A DNA stretch of 64,000 nucleotides from a virus, in IMG/VR virus record IMGVR_UViG_3300046476_000353, positions 2,975 to 66,974 of that record, one strand, 5' to 3'. Within the stretch, counting starts at the first letter, position 1. Each line of letters begins with the position of its first letter. Below are positions 27,887 through 36,691 of this stretch, piece after piece. A model generated the notes under the pieces. It was not told where the DNA came from, did no database searches, and worked only from the letters and a program-made list of their open reading frames with translations. The position numbers and the translations under genes were made by a program.

Positions 27887-28749
27887 ACATCCTCGTCACG
27901 GGTGCAGCTGGGTTCATCGGCGGCCACCTCGTCCAGCAGCTCGCCGCATGCGGCCACAACGTCGTCGGCGTCGACAAGCGGACCGGCTGGCCAGCCGCCG
28001 ACCTGCCCGCCCTCCAGTTCGCGGTCGAAGCCGCCAGCCCCGACGTCATCGTGCACCTCGGCGCGTCCTGCTCCACCAGCGCCAGCCTCGACGACCCGGC
28101 CGCAGACTTCCGCGACAACGCCGTCGGCACCTTCAACGTGACCGAAGCGGCCCGGCGCGCGGGCGGCATCCCCGTCGTCTTCACCTCCAGCGTCAAGGTG
28201 CACCCCGGCGCCGATGGGCTCCTCACCCCACTCGGCCTATCCAAGGCCGTCGGCGAGGGATACATCGAGCTCTACGCCGAGCTGTACGGCCTGCCCCACG
28301 TCACCCTCCGCCCCTCCACCGTCTACGGCCCCGGCCAGGACGGCACCGCCGACAGCGGCTGGGTCACCTGGTTCCTCCGCGCCGCCCGTGAAGGCCGCCC
28401 CATCACCATCCACGGCGACGGCACCCAAAGCCGAGACGTCCTCTACATCGACGACTTCACCAAGCTCCTCGTCGACATCGTCGAGAACCATGCCGCCTAC
28501 CAAGGCCGGACGTTCGAAGTCGGCGGCGGGCCCGAGAACGAGGTCAGCCTCCTCGAACTCCTCCGCTGGCTGGAGGTGTCCTACGGCGTGCCCTCCGACG
28601 TCGTCCACAGCGACCGCCTACCCGGTGACCTACAGCACGTCGTCACCGACAACACGGCGATCAGCGCCATCCGAGGATGGGCGCCGACCACCCCGTGGAA
28701 GGCCGGCGTCCTCGCCACCTACGACATGTGGACGAGGAGGCAGCAGTGA
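27883..28749 (+). CDS. Second NAD-dependent epimerase/dehydratase
   Basis: VTGAAGFIGG, TSS.KV, VYGPGQ, GDGTQSRD. The catalytic YxxxK reads LGLSK. Confidence 0.88.
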   Translation: MNILVTGAAGFIGGHLVQQLAACGHNVVGVDKRTGWPAADLPALQFAVEAASPDVIVHLGASCSTSASLDDPAADFRDNAVGTFNVTEAARRAGGIPVVFTSSVKVHPGADGLLTPLGLSKAVGEGYIELYAELYGLPHVTLRPSTVYGPGQDGTADSGWVTWFLRAAREGRPITIHGDGTQSRDVLYIDDFTKLLVDIVENHAAYQGRTFEVGGGPENEVSLLELLRWLEVSYGVPSDVVHSDRLPGDLQHVVTDNTAISAIRGWAPTTPWKAGVLATYDMWTRRQQ

Positions 28750-29504
28750 AGGTCGGCGTCATCATCCCCGCCCGCAACGCCCTGCCCTGGCTCGAAGAGA
28801 TGCTCGCCAGCATCCAGGCGCAGACCCACCCCGCGCACGCCTACATTGCCGAAGACCGCTCCACCGACGGCACCTACGAATGGCTCCGCCAACACCCCGA
28901 CCTGTACACCAAGATGACCCGCAACCGGACCCGGAAGGGCTGGCCGCTCAGCCTCAACGCCGCTGCGCGCCTGGCGCTCGACGACGGCTGCGACGCGATC
29001 TTCACCTCCAGCGCCGACGACCTCCTGCACCCCGAATGCATCGCCCGCTGCGTGGCCGTCCTCAACGCGGACGGCGGCAGGGACTTCGTCGTCCCCCATG
29101 CGCAGCAGTTCGGCGAAGCGGACACCGTCCAGGCGTCCCTCCCGGACGCGACGCTCGACGATTTCGCCCACTGGCCGCCGCTCATCGACGAGGCCCTGTT
29201 CCGGCGTGAGGTGTGGGAGACCGTCGGCGGCTACTCAGCGAAGGCCACCCCGCCCGGAACGTTCGGCACGGCGGAGGACTGGGACTTCTGGATCCGCGTC
29301 TGGAAAGCCGGCCTCACCCGATACGCCGTCATCGAGCAGCCCCTGTACCTCGTGCGCGTCCACCCCGGGCAACTGTCCGGCGGACGGGCTGAGCATCACG
29401 CAGCGACCGTGGACCTGCTGCGGAAGCTGCACCCTGACCTGCCGTGGACGGCGGAGTCACGGCAGTGGCCGCCACAACACCGGACCACTAAAAGGGAAAC
29501 GTGA
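28746..29504 (+). CDS. Glycosyltransferase family 2
   Basis: VIIPARN, EDRSTDGT, SADD, EDWDFWIR. Confidence 0.9.
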   Translation: MKVGVIIPARNALPWLEEMLASIQAQTHPAHAYIAEDRSTDGTYEWLRQHPDLYTKMTRNRTRKGWPLSLNAAARLALDDGCDAIFTSSADDLLHPECIARCVAVLNADGGRDFVVPHAQQFGEADTVQASLPDATLDDFAHWPPLIDEALFRREVWETVGGYSAKATPPGTFGTAEDWDFWIRVWKAGLTRYAVIEQPLYLVRVHPGQLSGGRAEHHAATVDLLRKLHPDLPWTAESRQWPPQHRTTKRET

Positions 29505-29557
29505 GGCAATTCGTAATTGCGCCGGATATAGGGGGTGTTGGCAAATAGAATACTCAC

Positions 29558-30079
29558 ATGAAGAAGTGCTCGCGATGCCAGATCGAGAAGCCTGTTGAAG
29601 ATTTCACGCGCGACAAGAATCGGAAGGATGAGAGGTATCCGCAATGCAAGTCCTGCGTCAACGAGTACACGAGGGCCCGACGTGAGCGACCCGAAGTGAA
29701 AGAGCACGAGCGGCAGCTGCGTCAGAGGCCAGAAGCCAAGGCTAAGCAGCACGCCTACAACGTCGCTTACGTACAGAGAATGAAGGAACAGCGTCGCGCC
29801 TCGTATCGCCGCCATCGCTACGGAGTCGACGACGCCACACTGAAAGCTCTACTCAAGGAGCAAGGAGACTCCTGCGGCAACGCTGGGTGCCTCATTCCAC
29901 TGACCCTCGCAGAAGCGCACGTCGACCACGATAAGACCTGTTGTCCCGGAAGGAGCGCTTGCGGGAAATGTATACGTGGCCTCCTGTGCCCTGGGTGCAA
30001 CGTGGGGGTCGGTTTCTTCAGGGACGACCCTAAGAAACTGCGAGGCATGGCCGAATACGTTGAAAGGAAACGAGAATGA
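29558..30079 (+). CDS. Endonuclease VII-family protein, lower GC
   Basis: KKCSRC..CKSC; VDHD..CGKCIRGLLCPGCNVGVG. Confidence 0.88.
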   Translation: MKKCSRCQIEKPVEDFTRDKNRKDERYPQCKSCVNEYTRARRERPEVKEHERQLRQRPEAKAKQHAYNVAYVQRMKEQRRASYRRHRYGVDDATLKALLKEQGDSCGNAGCLIPLTLAEAHVDHDKTCCPGRSACGKCIRGLLCPGCNVGVGFFRDDPKKLRGMAEYVERKRE

Positions 30080-30942
30080 TCGACGGCCGAAAGACCGTAG
30101 CTTGGACCCCCTACGGCCGGGTCCGGACGTACAGCATTCTGATCAAGTACCTGCAGCGGGACGTCGAACGCGGCCTCATCGACGAGGTCTGGGCCTTCAT
30201 GAACACCGACGCGGTCGGCCAGGAAGACGACGTCGCCTACGCGCACCAGCTCGCCGAGCAGCACCCGTGGTTCCACCTCAAGCACCGGCCCGAAGGCGTC
30301 GACCTCGGCAACCTCCCCAAACAGCGGTACACCGGGCTCGCCTACCGCGAGATGGTCGACCCCGACACGGTGTACATCCGCCTCGACGACGATGTGGTCT
30401 ACCTGCACGAGGACGCCATCGAGAACCTCGTCCGCGCCAGGCTCCAGATGCCCGCGCCCACGGCCGTGTTCCCGATCATCGTCAACAATGCGATCGTCTC
30501 CCACTTCCTCCAGCTCTGCGGCAAGATCCCCGCCGAGTGGGGCGAGGTCAAGCAGTACTGCATGGACCCCAACGGCTGGGCCAACGGACCCTTCGCCGTC
30601 AAGCTCCACGAGCTGCTGCTGTCACACATCGAGGCCGGCACCGTCGAGGACCTGTACCTCTACCAGGACTTCCCCATCGCCCCCGGCACCCAGTTCTCCG
30701 TGAGCTGCTTCGCCAGCCTCGGCAGCATGTACGCCGGCCTCGACGCCGGACCGGGCGTCCTCGTCCCTGACGAGGAGGAGAGCTTTCATACGATCCACCA
30801 CCCGCTTGCCACAGGGGCACCCAACATCCTCCGAGGAAATGCAGTGGTCAGCCACTGGTCGTTCTTTCCCCAACACGCGTTCCTCAACGGCAGCGACCTC
30901 CTGGACCGGTACCGGGAACTCGCAGACAAGGTGGTGGCCTGA
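30076..30942 (+). CDS. Putative GT-A glycosyltransferase
   Basis: TPYGR..Y, YIRLDDDVVY (DxD), SHWSFFPQ. Confidence 0.65.
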   Translation: MIDGRKTVAWTPYGRVRTYSILIKYLQRDVERGLIDEVWAFMNTDAVGQEDDVAYAHQLAEQHPWFHLKHRPEGVDLGNLPKQRYTGLAYREMVDPDTVYIRLDDDVVYLHEDAIENLVRARLQMPAPTAVFPIIVNNAIVSHFLQLCGKIPAEWGEVKQYCMDPNGWANGPFAVKLHELLLSHIEAGTVEDLYLYQDFPIAPGTQFSVSCFASLGSMYAGLDAGPGVLVPDEEESFHTIHHPLATGAPNILRGNAVVSHWSFFPQHAFLNGSDLLDRYRELADKVVA

Positions 30943-31160
30943 TGGCCGAGTCCCAGCAGGTCAGCGTGGAGGCAGCGTTCCCGATCTACCGGAAGCGATG
31001 CGGCGAACTCTTCGACGAGAACCTCATGCTCCGCGGCCTGATCCAGCAACTGGAGGACCAGATCACGGAGCTGGAGGCCGAGCGGCAGTCTCCCCCCGCA
31101 AGCGGGCTCCCTGCCTCTCTAGTCGGAGCGGAGGCGCCGCCGCTCGGCGATGCACGCTGA
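30942..31160 (+). CDS. Small coiled-coil protein
   Basis: Last coupled ORF of the operon. Confidence 0.6.
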   Translation: MAESQQVSVEAAFPIYRKRCGELFDENLMLRGLIQQLEDQITELEAERQSPPASGLPASLVGAEAPPLGDAR

Positions 31161-31162
31161 CG

Positions 31163-32086
31163 TCACAGGGTGCCGGGCGGGTTCACGATCGGACTGAACT
31201 GGTCCAGGCTGATCGACGTCTGCGACGCCGCCTGTCCGGTGATTCCCCAGTTCCCAGACGTCGACAGGAACGCCCGGTACGAAGCCGAGGACGGCGCGCC
31301 CGCCACGCCCCAGTCCCGCTCGTAGCTCGGCGCGTAGCCGGCGGTCCAGGAGAAGAACGTGTACGACCCGGTCCCGACGCCGGAGAAGTTGATGGTGCCC
31401 TGGAAGAACCGCAGCTTCAGTCCGCACACGGTGACGTCCTGGACCTGCGGGGTGGGGCTGCCTGATGACGCCGAGTTCTGGTAGCTGCCGTAGGAGGTGA
31501 GGTTTTTCCAGCCGGTGGCGAAGAGATTGTTGGCGACGAAGTCGTCGTCGGTGGTGAGGGTGTTGGCGGCGGAGCGGTAGAGGTTGACGTCGAGGGCTGC
31601 GTTGCCGGGCCCGATCTCGATTTTGCCGCTGGTGTAGATGCGGACCCGGTCTGAGGGGTCGCCGGTGACGAGGGCGCTGTAGGCGACGTCGGTGGATGCG
31701 GCTCCGGTGCGCTGATAGTTGGTGTTGAGGTTGAGGGCGCCGCCGCTTGAGCGGGTGAGTGTGGCCGCGCCGATCGAGAGGCTGCTGCCCGATGCGAGCG
31801 TGAGGTTGCCGCCGAATGTGCCGGAGCTGTTGGGGATCTCCACCCAGGATGCGGACGCCGGGCTGGTCCCGTTGGAGAAGTAGCTGCGGTACGAGGTGTT
31901 CGTCTCCATGATCGGCTTGCCGGAGTACGGCGACGACGGCCGAGTGCTGGACGTGCACGCCTGGAAACCGGCCGCAGCGTCGACCCGGTCCCAGTTCTGG
32001 CCGATGTCCTGGGTGTAGGAGACCAGTTCGGACCCGTCCGACTTGGACTTGTACAGGGCCAACCTGGTGGTGGACGGATCAGGCAC
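31163..32086 (-). CDS. Minor tail/fibre protein
   Basis: End of the tail operon; Ser/Thr/Gly-rich; N-terminal TTRLALYK...NWDRVD. Confidence 0.7.
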   Translation of the reverse strand: MPDPSTTRLALYKSKSDGSELVSYTQDIGQNWDRVDAAAGFQACTSSTRPSSPYSGKPIMETNTSYRSYFSNGTSPASASWVEIPNSSGTFGGNLTLASGSSLSIGAATLTRSSGGALNLNTNYQRTGAASTDVAYSALVTGDPSDRVRIYTSGKIEIGPGNAALDVNLYRSAANTLTTDDDFVANNLFATGWKNLTSYGSYQNSASSGSPTPQVQDVTVCGLKLRFFQGTINFSGVGTGSYTFFSWTAGYAPSYERDWGVAGAPSSASYRAFLSTSGNWGITGQAASQTSISLDQFSPIVNPPGTL

Positions 32087-32603
32087 GGGTGGTCTCCTTC
32101 ACTTCGGGCTGGCTGGGAGCGATAGGACGGCGTGCCCACCCCGTCGGGATAGGGCGCGGCTGGGCATGCACGGCTGCGCGGTGGCGCTTCACGTGGCGCG
32201 CTTTCGCCTCGACCTCACCGGCGTCCGCGAAGCGGGTGTAGACGTCCTTCACCGGCTGCAACGGATCCGTCCTCGACCCGCCCGTACCAACGTCGACGCC
32301 TTGGCCTTTGGCCTTGACCGCGGCGATCCGCTCCCGATGCACGGCACGAGCCTCCGCCCCCGTGACCGCGGTGTACACGGGCGCATCGTCCGTGAGGTAG
32401 GGCTCGTGCAGGACGATGTCGAGGAGGTCGTCCACAGCGGTGTGGTCGATGTCGTATTCCGCCGCCCGCCATTCCAGAGTGTCGAGCGGAAAAATGTGGA
32501 GCACCGGGTCGACGCCCTTCTCGCCGACGTCGATGGTGACCGTGACGACGGGGCCGCGCGGCGTTGTCTCGATACTCGATGCAATCACTTTTCGCTGTGT
32601 CAT
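32079..32603 (-). CDS. Tail-region hypothetical protein
   Basis: Coupled ORF; LEWRAAEY motif. Confidence 0.65.
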   Translation of the reverse strand: MTQRKVIASSIETTPRGPVVTVTIDVGEKGVDPVLHIFPLDTLEWRAAEYDIDHTAVDDLLDIVLHEPYLTDDAPVYTAVTGAEARAVHRERIAAVKAKGQGVDVGTGGSRTDPLQPVKDVYTRFADAGEVEAKARHVKRHRAAVHAQPRPIPTGWARRPIAPSQPEVKETTRA

Positions 32604-35476
32604 CAGTTGATCCTGTACGCCCACCAGGACAACTCCGCCGAGCCGCCTGTATTGCCGGAAAAGGAAGCCGTGAATCCCGTCGTGGACCTGGCGGTGATGT
32701 TCACGGCCAGGGCGTTCGACGCAGTCTTCGACGGGTCGTAGAGCGTCGCCAGGAGTTTCGGTGTGCCGGTGCTCGTGGCCCCGTAGGTGAGGATGACCCC
32801 GGACGATCCGGCCGCGCTGCCGGAGTTCATCAGCAGCGCATTCTGTGAACTGTTGTAATAGTCCATTTCGCCGATAACGCGCACGGTCCCGTCGGTGTGG
32901 TCGAAATCGATGCGAGCGTCTTCGGTGTCGCCGATCTCTGTTCCCACCTGTGTGAGCGTGGCGGTCGCGCGAAAGAAACCGCCAGTCACATCGGCACTGC
33001 TGTAGCCGAGTTCAAGATTGACGGGAGTGGCCCTGACATAGCCGCCACGTCGCGACTGGTCATCAGAGCGGACGACGGCGAATTCGGCAGTGCTCGCGCC
33101 GAGATAGGTACGGGAGATGACCTGAACGCCGGTGCCATCGTCGTAGCTGGACGAGTTGAGGCCGAGGGCGACCTCGGTGCCCAAGGAGACGGCGTTGATG
33201 TAGCCGTAGTCGCTGCCGGTGTTGGCGTACCAGCGGATCTCGGGCAGGAACGTGGCGGTTGGATTGATCTCGATGCGTTTCCCGGACGTGCCGGATTTGA
33301 GGGTGCCGATGATGGACACGGAGCCATCAGCCGCGGCGATGGCGACCGTCTGTGTGCCGGCCGCGTCCCAGCAGCCGATGCCGCCGGAGTTGAGCTCGAC
33401 GCGGGCCCCAGTGTCAGCCGTTTTGATGCGGGCGCCGACGATGAAGTCCGCGCCAATGGTGCCCGCGGTGACTTTGGAGACGGTGAGGTCGCTGATGTGG
33501 GCGTCGTCGATGAGGAGCGCGGTCGCTGTCGCCGCGTCGGACGGCCCGGACTTGTTGCCCGTTTTGTCGACCGCGACGCATCTGACGTAGCGGGCTGAGA
33601 CCTCCTCGACCTGCACGGTGAACACGACGGGGATCTGCGCCTGGATCATCCCCGCAGTCGCGAGGGCCTTCCCCTTCAGAGTGGTGGTGTCCGGGGTGAA
33701 TCCCGGCTCGTAGGAGACGTGGATCTCCAAGTGGTCGAGGTCCGACTCCAAGTTGTACGTGCCGCCGGAGCTCTTGCCCAGCGTGTGGGTGACCTGCACG
33801 GCGATGCGACTGCCAGCCACCGACGGCGCGGCTGGCGTACTGGGCGGCAGGTTGTCGGCGGATGCGACGAACGTGGTGGTCGGCGACCAAGCGCCGGTGT
33901 TGCCGGTCTTGTCCACGCCGCGGATCTGCACGTCGTAGCCGACGCCGGGCGACAGGTCTTGGAGCTGAGCCGTGGTCGAATCCCAGTTGACGACCATCGT
34001 CTGCCATTTGCCAGTCGGCGCGGCGAACGGCTGCGCCCACGTCTGCAGATCCTGCCACCGGACCTGCGACACCTGCGTCCACGTGGCTGGGTACAGCATG
34101 TCGGTGTCGATGGCGTAGCGGATCTCGTAGTGATCGCCATCCAGGACCGTGCTGCCGTCGACGTTGAGGGGGGCGTTCCAGGAGAGGACGACACGGGCCC
34201 GGGTGAAACCCCGGTTGTCGAGATACGCCGACCCCAGGAACGGGGTAACGAAGTTCGGCTGCGCGGGCGTAGACGTGTCGGCGTTGGGGCGGGAGCCGAC
34301 GGGCTCGGTGCCCGTGTTGGTGAGCTGCCGGTCGAAGTCGCCGACGGTCACCGTGTTGGTGTTATCGGTCTCCCATTCGATGTACTGGGTGAGGTCGATC
34401 CACGTGCCGTCCACGGAGCGGTAGGCGACCGTGTACGCATTGGTGACCGACCAGGAGGTTTCGGTGACCTGGAGTTTCAGCGGGTTGAGTCGCATCCCGC
34501 GGAACGTGATCTCGGTGGTCGTGTCGACGAGACCGCTGTCAGGGTCGTACACCCACACCCGGTCCCCGACCTGGAAAGTTCCGTGGACGTCGTAGTCCGC
34601 CGTCGACAGGGTCAGGGCGTTCCGGGTCGAGGTGAACTGACTGAGGGCGAGCTGCGCGCGCACGGCGGCGTTCGTGCTCGCCGTATCCGACTCGCTGACC
34701 AGCCGGGTCAGTTTGAGTGCATTGCCGTGGATGTCCTTGTAGGGCGTCACCGGTGAGATGTCTGCGGACCCGGTGGCGATGCTGGTGCCCTCGCCCTCGG
34801 CGAGAAGGACGACGCGGGTGGAGTAGTCCTCGACGTCCCGGGTGACGTCCGTGGAACCGGGGAGCGCCCGCAACGCCATGTCCTCGCCGGCGCCGGTGGC
34901 CATGATGACGCACGTCGGGTTGGTGATGAACAGGTTGGAGTCGGGACCGGCGTCCAACGTTCCGGCGCCATTGACGCGCCAGCTCACGGGCACGCTGGTG
35001 GTGGACATGGTGTCGCACACGTAGGTGATCGCGGCCCGCGGCGACTCGTATTGATGATGGCCCGTGTACTGGCCGGCTACCGAGTAGATGGTGCCCGCGG
35101 TGACCGCGCCGGACGCGGGGAGCAGCATGTTGATCGCGGTGGCGAACGACGTCGAGGCGGGTGCGACGGCGTTCTCGTAGACGTCGCCCTTGCCGTCCTC
35201 GTCGCCGAGCCAGAACGCCATTCCCACGCCACCGACCGACAAGTCGTCCTGGGGGGCGTTGGTGCGGCCGTCGTCGCCGATCGTCTTGGTGCGCAGCACG
35301 CCGACATAGCGGGCGGTCGTGAGGAGATTGTCGCCGTACTGGAGCGGGTCCAGGCGGCCGGGGACGATCGCTACGTGGCCGAAGTAATCCAAACTGTCGA
35401 GGATGTCGCGGGGGGTGGCCGGCTTGAGCTTGATACCCCACGAGCCAAGGGCTTTGAGAACCTCCTGAACCGGCAT
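32603..35476 (-). CDS. Large minor tail protein (Tal/host specificity, FN3-like domains)
   Basis: 957 aa; YDVQIRGVDKTGNTGAWS FN3 pattern; second gene after the tape measure. Confidence 0.8.
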   Translation of the reverse strand: MPVQEVLKALGSWGIKLKPATPRDILDSLDYFGHVAIVPGRLDPLQYGDNLLTTARYVGVLRTKTIGDDGRTNAPQDDLSVGGVGMAFWLGDEDGKGDVYENAVAPASTSFATAINMLLPASGAVTAGTIYSVAGQYTGHHQYESPRAAITYVCDTMSTTSVPVSWRVNGAGTLDAGPDSNLFITNPTCVIMATGAGEDMALRALPGSTDVTRDVEDYSTRVVLLAEGEGTSIATGSADISPVTPYKDIHGNALKLTRLVSESDTASTNAAVRAQLALSQFTSTRNALTLSTADYDVHGTFQVGDRVWVYDPDSGLVDTTTEITFRGMRLNPLKLQVTETSWSVTNAYTVAYRSVDGTWIDLTQYIEWETDNTNTVTVGDFDRQLTNTGTEPVGSRPNADTSTPAQPNFVTPFLGSAYLDNRGFTRARVVLSWNAPLNVDGSTVLDGDHYEIRYAIDTDMLYPATWTQVSQVRWQDLQTWAQPFAAPTGKWQTMVVNWDSTTAQLQDLSPGVGYDVQIRGVDKTGNTGAWSPTTTFVASADNLPPSTPAAPSVAGSRIAVQVTHTLGKSSGGTYNLESDLDHLEIHVSYEPGFTPDTTTLKGKALATAGMIQAQIPVVFTVQVEEVSARYVRCVAVDKTGNKSGPSDAATATALLIDDAHISDLTVSKVTAGTIGADFIVGARIKTADTGARVELNSGGIGCWDAAGTQTVAIAAADGSVSIIGTLKSGTSGKRIEINPTATFLPEIRWYANTGSDYGYINAVSLGTEVALGLNSSSYDDGTGVQVISRTYLGASTAEFAVVRSDDQSRRGGYVRATPVNLELGYSSADVTGGFFRATATLTQVGTEIGDTEDARIDFDHTDGTVRVIGEMDYYNSSQNALLMNSGSAAGSSGVILTYGATSTGTPKLLATLYDPSKTASNALAVNITARSTTGFTASFSGNTGGSAELSWWAYRIN

Positions 35477-35482
35477 CCGCGC

Positions 35483-36691
35483 CTACCTCCGAACTCCGTA
35501 GACGCTTTCTGGCATGCAGGCGACGTACTGATTCCGCAGGTCAGTGGCCGCGTCCCCGGAGACCGCGGAGCCGCCGCCTGCGGCAACGCCGATCCAGAAG
35601 TCCAGGCTGGTCGCGCTGCTCTTTGTGACGCCGCCGTTGGTGTGCGCAGTGAACGTCCGCGCGGAGCCGACCGCGAACCGGTTGCTGTCCGCGTCGTTGC
35701 CGGTGGCGGTGACGTACCCGGACGCCGCGAACGACGTGTTCGTCTCCAGCGTCGAGCGGTAGGCGGACAGGGTGGCAGAGGTGCCGGTCTGGAGGTAGCC
35801 CTCCACGAACCTGCTGCCGCGGCGGAGGGTCAGGTCAAGGGTCGCCCGGCCCGGATTCAACCCCTTGGTCAGGCGCAGGATGCACGCCTCGGGATCGTTG
35901 CGGAGCAGCGTCGCCCCGTCCCACGACGTAATCGACGATGCGGAGCCGGCCACGCTGACGTTCCAGAGCTTGGAGTGATAGGCGCCGCCGGTGTACGCCT
36001 GCACGTCGATGGTGGCGGACGCTGAGGTGGTGACGTTGACGAATCCGTTGGTCAGGGACCAGCCGGTCGCGGCGAGGGGGACGTCGGCACCGTAGACCTC
36101 CTGGCTGCCGGTCGTGGTCACCTTTACGCGGCCGACCAGGTAGGCGGTTGGTACACAGCCCCAGCGTGGCGAGGTGTTCGCGGGGACACCGCGGTAGACG
36201 GTCATGGCGCCGTCCGCGCCGGTGCGGGTCATCGTGGTCGGGTTGGTCGAGCCGGTGTAGTAGCCGTAGTGGCCGATCGGCGGGGCGTGCCAGCGCTCGC
36301 CGGGCAAGCTGAAATCGTTCAGCCGGACGGCACCCGTCAGCCTGGACTGGAGGTCGGTTTCGGCGTCAGAGCCGACCCGGTCCAGGCTGACTTTCCAGTC
36401 GGCGGTGACGGCCTCGTTCAGGTACTCCGTGTACGTCGACGAGGAGCTCTTGACCGTGTAGTAGCCGTTGCGCTCCGGCTTGTCCGTGAACGTTGCCGGG
36501 ATGACCTGGCCGGGGACCAGGGCGTTGATGCCGTCGTGCCGGGAGATGACCTGCGCCCGGGTGAGCGGCGGATACGACTCCTGCCCTTCCAGGTCGAGTC
36601 CGCGGCCGTCACCGCCGGACTCGGTCGCGACGAATGTTTCACGGAGAGGGATGCGGCCGATGTTCAGGTCGCCCCAGTTGAACAGGCCCAT
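35483..36691 (-). CDS. Minor tail protein (Dit position)
   Basis: Directly follows the tape measure gene. Confidence 0.7.
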   Translation of the reverse strand: MGLFNWGDLNIGRIPLRETFVATESGGDGRGLDLEGQESYPPLTRAQVISRHDGINALVPGQVIPATFTDKPERNGYYTVKSSSSTYTEYLNEAVTADWKVSLDRVGSDAETDLQSRLTGAVRLNDFSLPGERWHAPPIGHYGYYTGSTNPTTMTRTGADGAMTVYRGVPANTSPRWGCVPTAYLVGRVKVTTTGSQEVYGADVPLAATGWSLTNGFVNVTTSASATIDVQAYTGGAYHSKLWNVSVAGSASSITSWDGATLLRNDPEACILRLTKGLNPGRATLDLTLRRGSRFVEGYLQTGTSATLSAYRSTLETNTSFAASGYVTATGNDADSNRFAVGSARTFTAHTNGGVTKSSATSLDFWIGVAAGGGSAVSGDAATDLRNQYVACMPESVYGVRR

